This document shows, one piece after another, positions 18,832 through 27,592 of a DNA stretch of 39,798 nt. Source of the DNA: a virus (lineage: Duplodnaviria > Caudoviricetes); IMG/VR virus record IMGVR_UViG_3300020045_004557, positions 1-39,798 of that record, one strand, 5' to 3'. The translations under genes and the position numbers were made by a program. The notes under the pieces are model-generated. The model was not told where the DNA came from and searched no databases. It saw nothing but the letters and a program-made list of their open reading frames with translations. Numbering within the stretch: the stretch's first letter is position 1; every line of letters starts with the position of its first letter.

Positions 18832-19257
18832 TTATGCCAACGTCGCAAAGCCCGAAGTGAAGTCGATGGTAAACGTCTCACCGTCTGCCAGCGTTACGTT
18901 CGATCCGTAGTCATACCAAGCGATGAGCGGATTCGCCGGTGACGTAGGATCATCGTCATAAAGAACGACATACCGGAACGTTGCCACCGCCCCGCCTGAC
19001 GCTGTAAGCACAAGGTCAGTCGCCGTGAATGTCACCGTGCCGGTCGTATGTTCCGCTGTAATGCCGGTAACAATACGAGATGACAGATTTGTGTACGAGA
19101 TCTCCGTTAGATCGGCAAGCACCGCATTAGTTGCTACGGGAGCATTGGCGGCGGCGGTTAACGCAACGGTGACGCTGCACGTCGAATCGGATGTAAAGTT
19201 GTGAACGCCTTTGCAGAGATTCTCTGAAAATTGCTGAAACTTGTTGTAAGAAGCCAA
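18832..19257 (-). CDS. Hypothetical virion accessory protein, first gene of the fibre/decoration operon
   Basis: TTG start after GGGGGA. 'FRYVVLY', 'LIAWYDYG', 'LADGETFTIDF'. Confidence 0.75.
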   Translation of the reverse strand: MASYNKFQQFSENLCKGVHNFTSDSTCSVTVALTAAANAPVATNAVLADLTEISYTNLSSRIVTGITAEHTTGTVTFTATDLVLTASGGAVATFRYVVLYDDDPTSPANPLIAWYDYGSNVTLADGETFTIDFTSGFATLA

Positions 19258-19397
19258 AGTATTGTCCCCCTAAGACTTACGTCTTTTCGTAGTGAGGCAT
19301 TGGGGATAAGCCCTCTCGCCTTGGTTGCCCAAACTTGCCGCATCTTTTCCGCTTGATGGGCCTTGTATTCGGGTGATTGCATATATGACCGATCCGC

Positions 19398-19468
19398 AAA
19401 AAAGCCCGCAAAATGCAGGCTCGTTTACCTGAATCTTGCGGGCGGTGTCTCTTATGAGGTGTGACCCT
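19398..19468 (-). ncRNA. Conserved leader RNA / attenuator, copy B
   Basis: Same architecture as 14730-14808 with compensatory changes. Ends GCGGGC-UUUUUU. Confidence 0.7.
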
Positions 19469-19491
19469 AAAAACGCGAATTGTTACTTCAA

Positions 19492-19519
19492 ATTATACGC
19501 GAAGTTGCTTTTTCGTCAA
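19492..19519 (-). promoter_or_regulatory. Sigma70-type promoter for the accessory virion operon
   Basis: TTGACG-16-TATAAT. Confidence 0.7.
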
Positions 19520-19702
19520 TAGTATTTTCTCAATGATGATTTTCGCCCGGTCAATATCCTTTTCGATCAGCAAATGCAGCAACGACCGCTCGTGGCGTTC
19601 GAGATACAATTCGCGATCACGATCTCGCTTAATTACCCGCACGGGCCGCGTCGTTTCTAGTTTGAATTCCACTTCGACCATATTCCAGTTTATCTTTCTC
19701 AC
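19493..19702 (-). CDS. Small basic hypothetical protein
   Basis: 69-aa ORF ending inside the promoter. Start uncertain. Confidence 0.45.
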   Translation of the reverse strand: MRKINWNMVEVEFKLETTRPVRVIKRDRDRELYLERHERSLLHLLIEKDIDRAKIIIEKILLTKKQLRV

Positions 19703-19811
19703 GCTCGATCATACACGGCAGGCAAAGCAAAATATCATTTGGCGTGATAACTTCTACGACCCATATTTCACGCCCACAGTCTGTGCAGTTTGCTGTGTAA
19801 TCGTCTGTCAC
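19629..19811 (-). CDS. Small zinc-ribbon protein
   Basis: CTDC...CLPC. GTGA overlap with the upstream gene. Confidence 0.55.
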   Translation of the reverse strand: MTDDYTANCTDCGREIWVVEVITPNDILLCLPCMIEREKDKLEYGRSGIQTRNDAARAGN

Positions 19812-20419
19812 AATAGCTCATCCTCAAACTCAATTTCACACAAACAATAATCGCCGCATTCTCTACTGCCGATCTCGCCCATCTCGCTTACCGGCATCCA
19901 CCCTTCGGACGCGTCTGCCGAACACTCAGGGCATCCCTCTTTGGAGTTCTGCACCAATCGGCATTGCATCTCTTTTTCAACCCCCGCTGTTTGCTCTTCT
20001 CGCAACGCATTCGCGAAAGTCACATACACCGCCGATGCATACTTTGCGGCCCTCGATGCTATCGCTCCAACCGTTGTCAACACTGTCCCTGCTACTATCG
20101 CCGCTCCGAACTTGTCGAGGTATCGCTTTTGCCACGATACCTTTTTCTCGACCTTTTGCCATCGCGAATCAGTGACCTGCGATAAGCCGCCGCCGCCGAC
20201 CGATGCTGCTACAACGTGAGCTGCTCGAAGCAAGGCAAGCATACCCGCCGCCCAAGCCGCTTGTGTGATCTCGCCGCGTTCCAGCCTTGCACTTAACCGC
20301 CGTGCATCGCGTTTCGTGGCAAGCGTTAGTTTGTCAATCAGCTCGCGTAATTCGACGGGCGATATTGCCACGCCATCGCGTTCAAACCTTTTCTTCGTTT
20401 CGTTGTACCGGATCGGCAT
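19808..20419 (-). CDS. Head morphogenesis / minor capsid protein (Mu gpF / SPP1 gp7-like)
   Basis: Follows the portal. C-terminal 'CPEC...GW...IG.REC...CLC'. Confidence 0.75.
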   Translation of the reverse strand: MPIRYNETKKRFERDGVAISPVELRELIDKLTLATKRDARRLSARLERGEITQAAWAAGMLALLRAAHVVAASVGGGGLSQVTDSRWQKVEKKVSWQKRYLDKFGAAIVAGTVLTTVGAIASRAAKYASAVYVTFANALREEQTAGVEKEMQCRLVQNSKEGCPECSADASEGWMPVSEMGEIGSRECGDYCLCEIEFEDELL

Positions 20420-20555
20420 TCATCAATTCCAATAACCCGCACTTCTTTGCGAGCTTCTCAGCGTTAGCAATATCATTAGGCGACGGAAAGCCCGCGTCCT
20501 TAAGCCGCCGCTGCCGCCTGTTCGCCTTGAGGCGTTTCATTCGTTGTCTGCTCAT
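20382..20555 (-). CDS. Small hypothetical protein (57 aa); not in the ORF track
   Basis: MSRQRMKRLKANRR...LLELMNADPVQRNEEKV fills the gap between the portal and morphogenesis genes. Confidence 0.45.
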   Translation of the reverse strand: MSRQRMKRLKANRRQRRLKDAGFPSPNDIANAEKLAKKCGLLELMNADPVQRNEEKV

Positions 20556-21975
20556 TCGGCATTATCCCCGCGTCAATTACCGGCTTAGTTTTGAACTCGG
20601 CCTCGATTGCTGCCATTGCATCCTCGGCTGTCTTATCGTCTGGCAGTTCGCCCGCTTCCTCTAATTTCAGCAATAGAAACTCAAGCGGATAGTTACCATC
20701 GCTAACCAGCGTGTTTAGCATTGCCAGTTTCTGCTCGCTCAATACGATCTGCGTCCAGTTTGCACCAAGAGCAATACTGCCGCCCTTGTCGATACCATCG
20801 CCGAGGTATTGAGCCGTAAAGCCCATTGCTAATTCAATAGCATCCTTTAACTGCAATGCCCGTACTTGCAAAGCTGACGTTTCCTGAATCGAATCGAGCA
20901 TTGATTCCGTCGCTGTTGTATCGCCCTTGACGCCCGTTGACCCGGCGAGCATTGCAAGGCCAAGCTGTCCCATCTCGCGTTTGATGTTCTCTAAGCAATT
21001 CTCGGTAGTATCAAACGAACTGCCAGCAGGTTCAACGAAACCGATAGATCCGCCCTCGTTGCACTTGAACCACATATCAGAGCCTAACGCCGCTGGTTCG
21101 CCATCGAGATTGACGCTATAAAATAGCGGGCGATTCGTCTTGTGTATCGCGGATTTATAATCGCTGTATGTTTGATAATGTTCGATGTTCTTAAACGTCA
21201 TATCAAGCATAGGCGGCTTATCGCCAAGCTCGGCTACGACGGCAACTGGGATCGCGGTTTGATTATTGATAACACCATCGTTAATGAGAATGTATTCAAT
21301 CTCTTTCGTGCCCGTATCTTTCTTTTGCTCTTCCCAAAGCTGCCAAAGAACGCGGCCATTCTCTAACATAAACACGCGGTACTGAGTTACTGATTCACGC
21401 GTAAACGTGCCGCTCTTTCGCGTTACCATTTCACGAAACACGATAAGCGATAGTTCACGCCGCTTTGATACGGCGTTTATCTCGTAATCCCAGTTGATGA
21501 TATCGTCCGCACAGTACCGCACCCAATACGGACGCAAGCCCAAAGTTTTCTGCTCGCCTAAATCCGTTGCCCTTGCCGTTGGGCTATCGACAAGTATCGC
21601 TGCATAGCCCTCGAATGATTGCTCAAACAGATCGCGGGCAAAAACGTTTAGGTGGTTGCCCTTGTTATCAATGTTCTCAGCAAGTAGTTTAACGAACGCG
21701 GCCGGGGCATCTTCGCCTATCGTCAAATCACGTTGAAAGACAAGACCGCATAACGCTTCGAGCGTTTTGCGTGTGATGTTTTGCAACGTTGCGGTATCGC
21801 GTCGAAACGTCCAGCTTTCGTCTGATTCCTTCGGGAACGCTGGCAAGTATGATTTACCCTTTTGCCGCAGCCGTTCCGTGCCGGCGATAACATCGCACCA
21901 GGTTTCGCGAGCCTTTGCCCCGGCATCATAGAGCGGATGCGTTACAGCTACGTTGTCTTTCTTTTCGGTGATCAT
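20500..21975 (-). CDS. Portal protein (DUF4055-type)
   Basis: 491 aa after TerL. 'YLPAFPKE', 'ILVDSP', 'RPYWVRY..DDIINW', 'TATE'. Confidence 0.9.
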   Translation of the reverse strand: MITEKKDNVAVTHPLYDAGAKARETWCDVIAGTERLRQKGKSYLPAFPKESDESWTFRRDTATLQNITRKTLEALCGLVFQRDLTIGEDAPAAFVKLLAENIDNKGNHLNVFARDLFEQSFEGYAAILVDSPTARATDLGEQKTLGLRPYWVRYCADDIINWDYEINAVSKRRELSLIVFREMVTRKSGTFTRESVTQYRVFMLENGRVLWQLWEEQKKDTGTKEIEYILINDGVINNQTAIPVAVVAELGDKPPMLDMTFKNIEHYQTYSDYKSAIHKTNRPLFYSVNLDGEPAALGSDMWFKCNEGGSIGFVEPAGSSFDTTENCLENIKREMGQLGLAMLAGSTGVKGDTTATESMLDSIQETSALQVRALQLKDAIELAMGFTAQYLGDGIDKGGSIALGANWTQIVLSEQKLAMLNTLVSDGNYPLEFLLLKLEEAGELPDDKTAEDAMAAIEAEFKTKPVIDAGIMPNEQTTNETPQGEQAAAAA

Positions 21976-23252
21976 AATCGAAACTCGCCTATCTCAAACT
22001 TTGGCGTATTGATAGACTCAAGCCCATATCGCAAAGCATCCGCACCGTGATCTACCTGATTCTTTGCCGGTTCCTCCGTCCAAATGCCTTGAACCATATT
22101 CTTTTGGTAGTTATGTACTTCTCGCGTCAAGTTCTTTGACCCTGCCGCAATCTGTAGATCATAGCGGCGAACGGTGTTGATGCCCGATAACACGCTGCCT
22201 GCGAACTTCTCACAACCGCGAATCTTATAGCCTGCATCCTTGAGCGTGACGATCATCTCAGGTCGTGCGTTATCCGCAATTATCATAACATCTTTGCGAA
22301 CGCCTATCGCGTTAAATTTTGCCACCATTGCCGGGGCATCGAGGCCGCTTTCATACAGCACCTCTTTAACAATGTAATGCTTTTTAGGCAGAGCATCGCG
22401 AACGTGACCAGCGATAAGAGCAGTAGGATCGCTAAAGCCAAAATCAAGTCCGTAAAAGTGAATGTCATCGGCTCCGGCGGTTTTACCGTTTGCGATCTTG
22501 GGGAATTCCACGCCGGTGACTGCGTTAGGATAAATGAGGCCTTCGACCACTTGTCCCCAAAGGCCGAGTCCGTAAACTCGGTAGTAATTGGGATTGGTGT
22601 CTTTTGTGCTTTCGATGAACTTTGCATAATTGGCATCCTTTGCTAATAGTTGCTCATTATCGCGATACGTTGAATGAAAGAACTCGTGCCCCTGCGGCTT
22701 TTGTTCGTGGATCTCGGTATTGAGCCAATGATGTTCATCGATCGGATTGTAGCTTAACGTGATCTGTACGTTATCAAAACCGCGAAGTCGTAAGCGTAAC
22801 TGGTCGAGCTCATTCTGCTGTGTCAGCTCCGTTGCCTCCTCGATCCAGATCCGATCAACGCCCGAGATCGACTTTACCTTTTCAACATCATCGAGGCCAA
22901 CGAATAGAAACGTTACGCCCGTTAGTTTGTTCATGATCTGCAGCGGGCTTTTGAGAATGTCAAAACAATCGTCAAGCTCCCATCCATAGATCACAGTCTT
23001 AAGTTCTGCGTATGCACTATCCTTGAGCGTATTGAATATTTTGCGAACTATCAGCGTCTTGCGGCCCCGCCGATGCGGTTCAAACGATTCGATTATCTCA
23101 CGTTGAGCAATGAAGCGTGATTTGCCACTACCCGCTGAACCGTACAAATGCAGAAACTCCGCCGTATTGTTGAACAACGGAATGTAAGCACGATTGAATA
23201 GAGACTTATCGCTAAAGTCGAATACTTTCGGTTGTACTTCGCCATGTGCCAT
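21972..23252 (-). CDS. terL: Terminase large subunit (PBSX family)
   Basis: Walker A 'YGSAGSGKS', Walker B 'IWIEEATE', 'SYNP', nuclease motifs 'GLDFGF' and 'DHGADALRY'. Confidence 0.95.
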   Translation of the reverse strand: MAHGEVQPKVFDFSDKSLFNRAYIPLFNNTAEFLHLYGSAGSGKSRFIAQREIIESFEPHRRGRKTLIVRKIFNTLKDSAYAELKTVIYGWELDDCFDILKSPLQIMNKLTGVTFLFVGLDDVEKVKSISGVDRIWIEEATELTQQNELDQLRLRLRGFDNVQITLSYNPIDEHHWLNTEIHEQKPQGHEFFHSTYRDNEQLLAKDANYAKFIESTKDTNPNYYRVYGLGLWGQVVEGLIYPNAVTGVEFPKIANGKTAGADDIHFYGLDFGFSDPTALIAGHVRDALPKKHYIVKEVLYESGLDAPAMVAKFNAIGVRKDVMIIADNARPEMIVTLKDAGYKIRGCEKFAGSVLSGINTVRRYDLQIAAGSKNLTREVHNYQKNMVQGIWTEEPAKNQVDHGADALRYGLESINTPKFEIGEFRL

Positions 23253-23582
23253 TTATTCGCCGGGCTTAATAACGCGGGTAGTTACATCTAACGTGCCGCT
23301 GTGTTCCGTCAATTCCTTTAGCTTACCGTGCAAGCTGTCCTGTATCTCTTTCCACGCGTTTGTATTGCCTTTCATTGCTGATTGAGCCTGCCCGAGAGCA
23401 ATCGCCTCATAGACGGTTATCGTCTTTACTTCGCCATCTGGTAGTTTGACCTTTGTCTTGACATTAAGGATTTTCTCGTACACCGTTGCACGATTAGGTA
23501 TTCCTTTACGCGACTTTTTCCACCCCGGCGGTTGGTTTTCGCTAGTAAACGGTTTTGGTTTTAAGGTTGCGGGGTTTCCCAT
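23253..23582 (-). CDS. terS: Terminase small subunit
   Basis: Directly upstream of terL. 'KGIPNRAT', 'AMKGNTNAWKEIQD..HGK'. Confidence 0.75.
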   Translation of the reverse strand: MGNPATLKPKPFTSENQPPGWKKSRKGIPNRATVYEKILNVKTKVKLPDGEVKTITVYEAIALGQAQSAMKGNTNAWKEIQDSLHGKLKELTEHSGTLDVTTRVIKPGE

Positions 23583-23614
23583 ATTTTCTACGACATTTCA
23601 ACGTCTCACCGATT

Positions 23615-24040
23615 TTAACTCGCGTGATCCCCTGCCACAACTGCCTTCAAAGCATCTAATTCGCAACGCAATTCAGCAATAATGTCATTTAGATGTTGAA
23701 TCTCTCGTTCGAGTGCTACATTTTCTTTTTCGAGATGGGCGATCTTAGCGTCCTTTTGAGCATTCATTTCCCGTTGTGAGGCCAGGTCGTCTGCCAATTT
23801 ATCCTGCCGAGCTTCTACAAGTTTCAAGCGTTCCGATACGATAACGAACGCTGCGATATCTGCATCGATCTGTTTGCCTTGATTAGTTTCGTGTATCTCA
23901 TTGGCCGAGTCCTGTTGTTTAATGCGACGATGATAAGCCGCTAATAACAGATTGCCGATACCAAACGCCGCTGCTAGGGCTATGACTGTGCCGCCGATTG
24001 CCGAAAGCGTTGTATTGAGAGCTCCCTGATCGATGTCCAT
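23615..24040 (-). CDS. Membrane protein with N-terminal TM and coiled coil (holin-like / lysis-associated)
   Basis: Hydrophobic N-terminal segment followed by a heptad-rich region. Confidence 0.6.
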   Translation of the reverse strand: MDIDQGALNTTLSAIGGTVIALAAAFGIGNLLLAAYHRRIKQQDSANEIHETNQGKQIDADIAAFVIVSERLKLVEARQDKLADDLASQREMNAQKDAKIAHLEKENVALEREIQHLNDIIAELRCELDALKAVVAGDHAS

Positions 24041-24303
24041 TAGCGTTTATCATTATGTTTATTGCATTCCTCTTCAACGTGTCGAATGAGAATGCATTGC
24101 AATAGAAAGGCCGTGCCTAAAAGGATAAAGCAAGCAATAGTTGGAATTGCCATACTCTGATTGCCGCCCCAACTGCTAAAAGCCATTAAGCCATTGAAAA
24201 ATATAATATCAACAGCGGCTAAAATGGCAATAAGGATGGTCAGCCCGGTGCTGACAAAAACGGCTTGTTTAAGAGTGTTGTAATATTTTGCATTATGTTC
24301 CAT
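24040..24303 (-). CDS. Two-TM small membrane protein (possible holin)
   Basis: Two hydrophobic stretches, charged C-terminus, AGGGA ribosome-binding site. Confidence 0.55.
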   Translation of the reverse strand: MEHNAKYYNTLKQAVFVSTGLTILIAILAAVDIIFFNGLMAFSSWGGNQSMAIPTIACFILLGTAFLLQCILIRHVEEECNKHNDKR

Positions 24304-24372
24304 TTCCCTTTGTACTTCCTTTCATTGTGGGAAAGGTTAAAGTGAAACTCCGACCTTTACGGAGTCGTGTGT

Positions 24373-24471
24373 TTAGTAAATCTCAAGTGCTACGGCGCAG
24401 CACCACGCGAAAAAAGCTAGCATTGCGATAATGCAGAGAATGGTTGCGACGTTGATCAGATGCCGTTTCAT
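24373..24471 (-). CDS. 32-aa single-TM peptide; not in the ORF track
   Basis: MKRHLINVATILCIIAMLAFFAWCCAVALEIY. ATGA overlap with the upstream gene. Confidence 0.5.
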   Translation of the reverse strand: MKRHLINVATILCIIAMLAFFAWCCAVALEIY

Positions 24472-24902
24472 AGTGCCCCTCGTCCTAATAGGATGCCGGT
24501 TGCCAGAGTCGCGATTGTCTTAAGAGCGGCGACAAACTTGGCCCAGCCTGATTTCGGTGCGTCAACGCGGGCTATCAATTTTTCAAGTAACTCGCTTTGC
24601 ATTTTAACGGTTTCTTTGTAGAGATTGATAACGGCGGTATATTCGAGATTTAGCTTATCCTGAACCGCGATCACAGAGTTTAGCCTATCAATGAGGCGTG
24701 CCGCACTTTCGCGTTCTGCCTGCGTCGCCGTTCTTTCACGCCCAAAAGCCTCTATGACCCGTCGTGCCTCGATAAGCTCGTTAGCGGCGGCTGTAGCGGC
24801 ATCTATCGTGGATTGTTTAACGCATACGGAGCCGGTTTCGCACTGACCGAATGCGGTAAGCGGTGCGAGTAGAAAGATGGTTATGAGAATTAGCTGTTTC
24901 AT
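24468..24902 (-). CDS. Secreted coiled-coil protein (spanin-like partner)
   Basis: Signal peptide, coiled coil, hydrophobic C-terminus. No canonical lipobox. Confidence 0.55.
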   Translation of the reverse strand: MKQLILITIFLLAPLTAFGQCETGSVCVKQSTIDAATAAANELIEARRVIEAFGRERTATQAERESAARLIDRLNSVIAVQDKLNLEYTAVINLYKETVKMQSELLEKLIARVDAPKSGWAKFVAALKTIATLATGILLGRGAL

Positions 24903-25297
24903 TGCTCTAATTGCTTTAGAAGTTTCTCAAGATCGGCAACGCTGGAGTTCGTTGTGTCCTTCCCCTTAGCATTCGCCAAATTCCCTAACGCTCGATTCGT
25001 TTCCTCTTTCGTGGCCTCGGTCGTGTTAATGTTCTCCAATAATGCTTTTGTCTCAATGTTCGCCGCCTGCTTTTCTAACGCAACCTCGGTTTGCAAGTTA
25101 GCGATCGTGCTTTCCTTTGTTTCGATGTTTGCCAGGACCGCGTTGATATTGGCTTTCCGTTTGTCGATATCCCGATTACTTCGCCACGTGCCAAAGCGGT
25201 CTAACGCAAATAGCACGATAGCAATAAGGATAAGGCCGCCGATCACAGCCGCGAACGTTTTCCAGACTCGTAACGAATATGGCGGTAATAGATTCAT
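24899..25297 (-). CDS. i-spanin-like protein
   Basis: Single N-terminal TM plus coiled coil, directly after the endolysin. Confidence 0.6.
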   Translation of the reverse strand: MNLLPPYSLRVWKTFAAVIGGLILIAIVLFALDRFGTWRSNRDIDKRKANINAVLANIETKESTIANLQTEVALEKQAANIETKALLENINTTEATKEETNRALGNLANAKGKDTTNSSVADLEKLLKQLEQ

Positions 25298-26265
25298 AAC
25301 CGTTCAATATCCTTGCGGGTAACATCGCTTTTAATATGAGCCTCGGTATTGCTCCAACTAATTTCGCCGACTTTCCAGATGATGTAATGGATGAGCCGAT
25401 ACACAAGCCAGACGGCCCCGGCGATTATCGCGACGGTTGCGAGCTTTGTGATTATCGAGATCACCCACGGCGGCCAACCGCTTGCCTGCGTTGCGTATTC
25501 CTGTATGCCTTGAAACGATAGATTACCGCCTGTGACTACTGCGAAGTCTTTCTTGAGAACGCCGAACAGCCCGACGCCCTGGTATTGCGAAGTTGCAACC
25601 TGAGCGGGAACGTTTACGTCCTGCTGATTGGTCGTTGTGACTTCGGTGGTTTCCACACCTGTGGCGGTTTTCTCTTCACTTGTTTGTTTCACCTCAATAG
25701 ACGGCGCAGGCTCGACTTGCAGATTACCGCCGGTAGTCGGGGCGGTTGGCGTGTTGCTTCCGAGTAATTCGTCCTTGGCGGTGCTTACTACGGGGCTGGT
25801 TGGATGAGTCTGCGCCGAAACTGTTGCGATGTCGGTTGATTCATCATCAGGAAAATCCAAATCCCATTCTTTCGTTGAATCGTAGAATTTTGACTCTCCA
25901 ATAACCGATAGATGTAAATGCTTTGTATGGCCGTTGACGCCGGAATACGGCCGCCATTGCCACGGTGAAGTTTTCGAGGAACAAATTCGCTTATTCCAAA
26001 TGATGTACTTGATTCGCGAGTCCTTGTTCTTGACAAGCATATCTGCAAGCCAGTTGCAGTCGATGCCTGTCTTGGGGTCGTGCGTAAAGTCTCGCGCGGT
26101 GACTATGCCTATGCCCTTGTTTTTGATGTACGGATTATGATCGCTGGAGCGTGAAGCGTGTTTAGCGTCGCCAATGCCGCCGTCACTCGCTTTTGAGCGT
26201 CGTGGAAAAGCTTCGTTTAATTGCTTTCGTAAAGTCTCGAGACTTTCAGCTATTCTCCAAGCCAT
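25294..26265 (-). CDS. Endolysin (Zn peptidase, M15-like) with linker and C-terminal TM
   Basis: 'SDGGIGD..H...SSDHNP', 'ARDFT', 'KYIIWN', 'HTKHLHLS'. Start moved to ATG 26265. Confidence 0.8.
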   Translation of the reverse strand: MAWRIAESLETLRKQLNEAFPRRSKASDGGIGDAKHASRSSDHNPYIKNKGIGIVTARDFTHDPKTGIDCNWLADMLVKNKDSRIKYIIWNKRICSSKTSPWQWRPYSGVNGHTKHLHLSVIGESKFYDSTKEWDLDFPDDESTDIATVSAQTHPTSPVVSTAKDELLGSNTPTAPTTGGNLQVEPAPSIEVKQTSEEKTATGVETTEVTTTNQQDVNVPAQVATSQYQGVGLFGVLKKDFAVVTGGNLSFQGIQEYATQASGWPPWVISIITKLATVAIIAGAVWLVYRLIHYIIWKVGEISWSNTEAHIKSDVTRKDIERL

Positions 26266-26294
26266 TGAATTGTTCCCTTGATGAAGTGAAAAGC

Positions 26295-26320
26295 AAAAAC
26301 GCGGCGGGATATCCCGCCCC
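26295..26320 (-). terminator. Intrinsic terminator in the late leader
   Basis: Palindrome GGCGGGATATCCCGCC followed by GCGTTTTT. Confidence 0.6.
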
Positions 26321-26337
26321 GGCATCTGATTAAATAG

Positions 26338-26366
26338 AAAATAACACTATCTGGTATTTGGTGCAA
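26338..26366 (-). promoter_or_regulatory. Candidate late promoter for the lysis/packaging operon
   Basis: TTGCAC-17-TATTTT in an AT-rich gap. Confidence 0.45.
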
Positions 26367-26454
26367 CAATAAAATGCTAGCGGTTGTACTTATCCTCGAC
26401 GGTTTCAGGGGTCGAGAATGGTTTCAGGGGCAACGGATACTGCCCTCTGCCTCG

Positions 26455-27585
26455 CTAACCTTCATTACGTGGCTGTAATTGCTCGTACACTTTGACCGGA
26501 ACGCCGAATGCTGCCGCCTGACAATGCAAAGCGTATGGATACTTTCTTGCAAAAGATGGCTCAACGGCTTCCACGAACTCACGTCCAGTTGGGCATTTCA
26601 TCCGAATAAAGTACAACGATTTCTCATCAAGAATCTGATTGATCTTCTGTTTCTCAATTAAGAACAGTTCGCCAAATTGAGGATGCTCGTCTATCAGTTC
26701 CGCTCCTGACGCGATGATGGCATTCTTGTTATACTTAAGAGCAACCGCGCGAACATCGGCGTCCTGGATGGCTAGAATTTCGTCAAAGGTCATCATCTGC
26801 GAAACGATCTGCTTCCAGATGTCCTGGGTCAACAATACACCATCGAGAAAGTACAGCCCTGTACCATCCTTCCAACTGATCGCCGCTCGATTATCATTAC
26901 CCAATCGTCCATCGGCGTCCCAAAGAATTTCAGGCTTCTCGATAACAATGATCAGATTGCCGATGAAGGCCATCAGCGGAGCGTTAAGTAATACGTCACT
27001 AAATTCTTGACGTTTTGCTTCATCAAATTCGACGCCTATCTCTGCACCAAAATCATAATATGCTGCCCACGTATACCAGTAATACGATGTGTAATGGCTC
27101 CACTTCAAAGGCTGCGAACGGAGCTGCGAACGGAGCTGCGAATCGAGCTGCGAACGGAGCTGCGAATCGAGCTGCGAATCGAGCTGCGAACGGAGCTGCG
27201 AACGGAGCTGCGAACGGAGCTGCGAATCGAGCTGCGAACGGAGCTGCGAATCGAGCTGCGAACGGAGCTGCGAATCGAGCTGCGAATCGAGCTGCGAATC
27301 GAGCTGCGAACGGAGCTGCGAATCGAGCTGCGAATCGAGCTGCGAATCGAGCTGCGAATCGTATTCTACCGATTTCGCTTTCGCAATTTGCATAAGCAGT
27401 CTTATTATATCCGTGAGATTTTGAATCGACTCAGCAAATAAAACCGTTCGTTCCGGCATTATCTCGTTCAGTCGCTTCTTTGCAATCTCGCGATCTATTG
27501 GAATAACCGCAGCATCTACCCATTTCTTGATGAAATGAGGAATACGTGCCTCTTGCTCTGACGTTATTGATGTGATCTGTTTCAT
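26455..27585 (-). CDS. DUF6745-like protein with (D/R)SQL tetrapeptide repeats
   Basis: N-terminal 'ITSITSEQEARIP....KW', repeat tract, then 'GRL....AAISWKDG.GLYFLDGV' and 'MKCPTGREF'. Confidence 0.8.
   Translation of the reverse strand: MKQITSITSEQEARIPHFIKKWVDAAVIPIDREIAKKRLNEIMPERTVLFAESIQNLTDIIRLLMQIAKAKSVEYDSQLDSQLDSQLDSQLRSQLDSQLDSQLDSQLRSQLDSQLRSQLDSQLRSQLRSQLRSQLDSQLDSQLRSQLDSQLRSQLRSQPLKWSHYTSYYWYTWAAYYDFGAEIGVEFDEAKRQEFSDVLLNAPLMAFIGNLIIVIEKPEILWDADGRLGNDNRAAISWKDGTGLYFLDGVLLTQDIWKQIVSQMMTFDEILAIQDADVRAVALKYNKNAIIASGAELIDEHPQFGELFLIEKQKINQILDEKSLYFIRMKCPTGREFVEAVEPSFARKYPYALHCQAAAFGVPVKVYEQLQPRNEG
27109..27360. repeat. 12-bp tandem repeat, about 21 units, two variants
   Basis: GAGCTGCGAATC and GAGCTGCGAACG units. 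Confidence 0.97.
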
Positions 27586-27592
27586 TGTTTTC

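Noticed and set aside
27109-27360. Possible CRISPR array
   Set aside because: The 12-bp units are contiguous with no spacers and lie in frame inside a protein-coding gene.
27007-27441. Plus-strand ORFs with ELRI/ELRT and AANR/AANG repeats
   Set aside because: They are shadows of the stop-free 12-bp repeat. The minus-strand frame has recognisable flanking domains.
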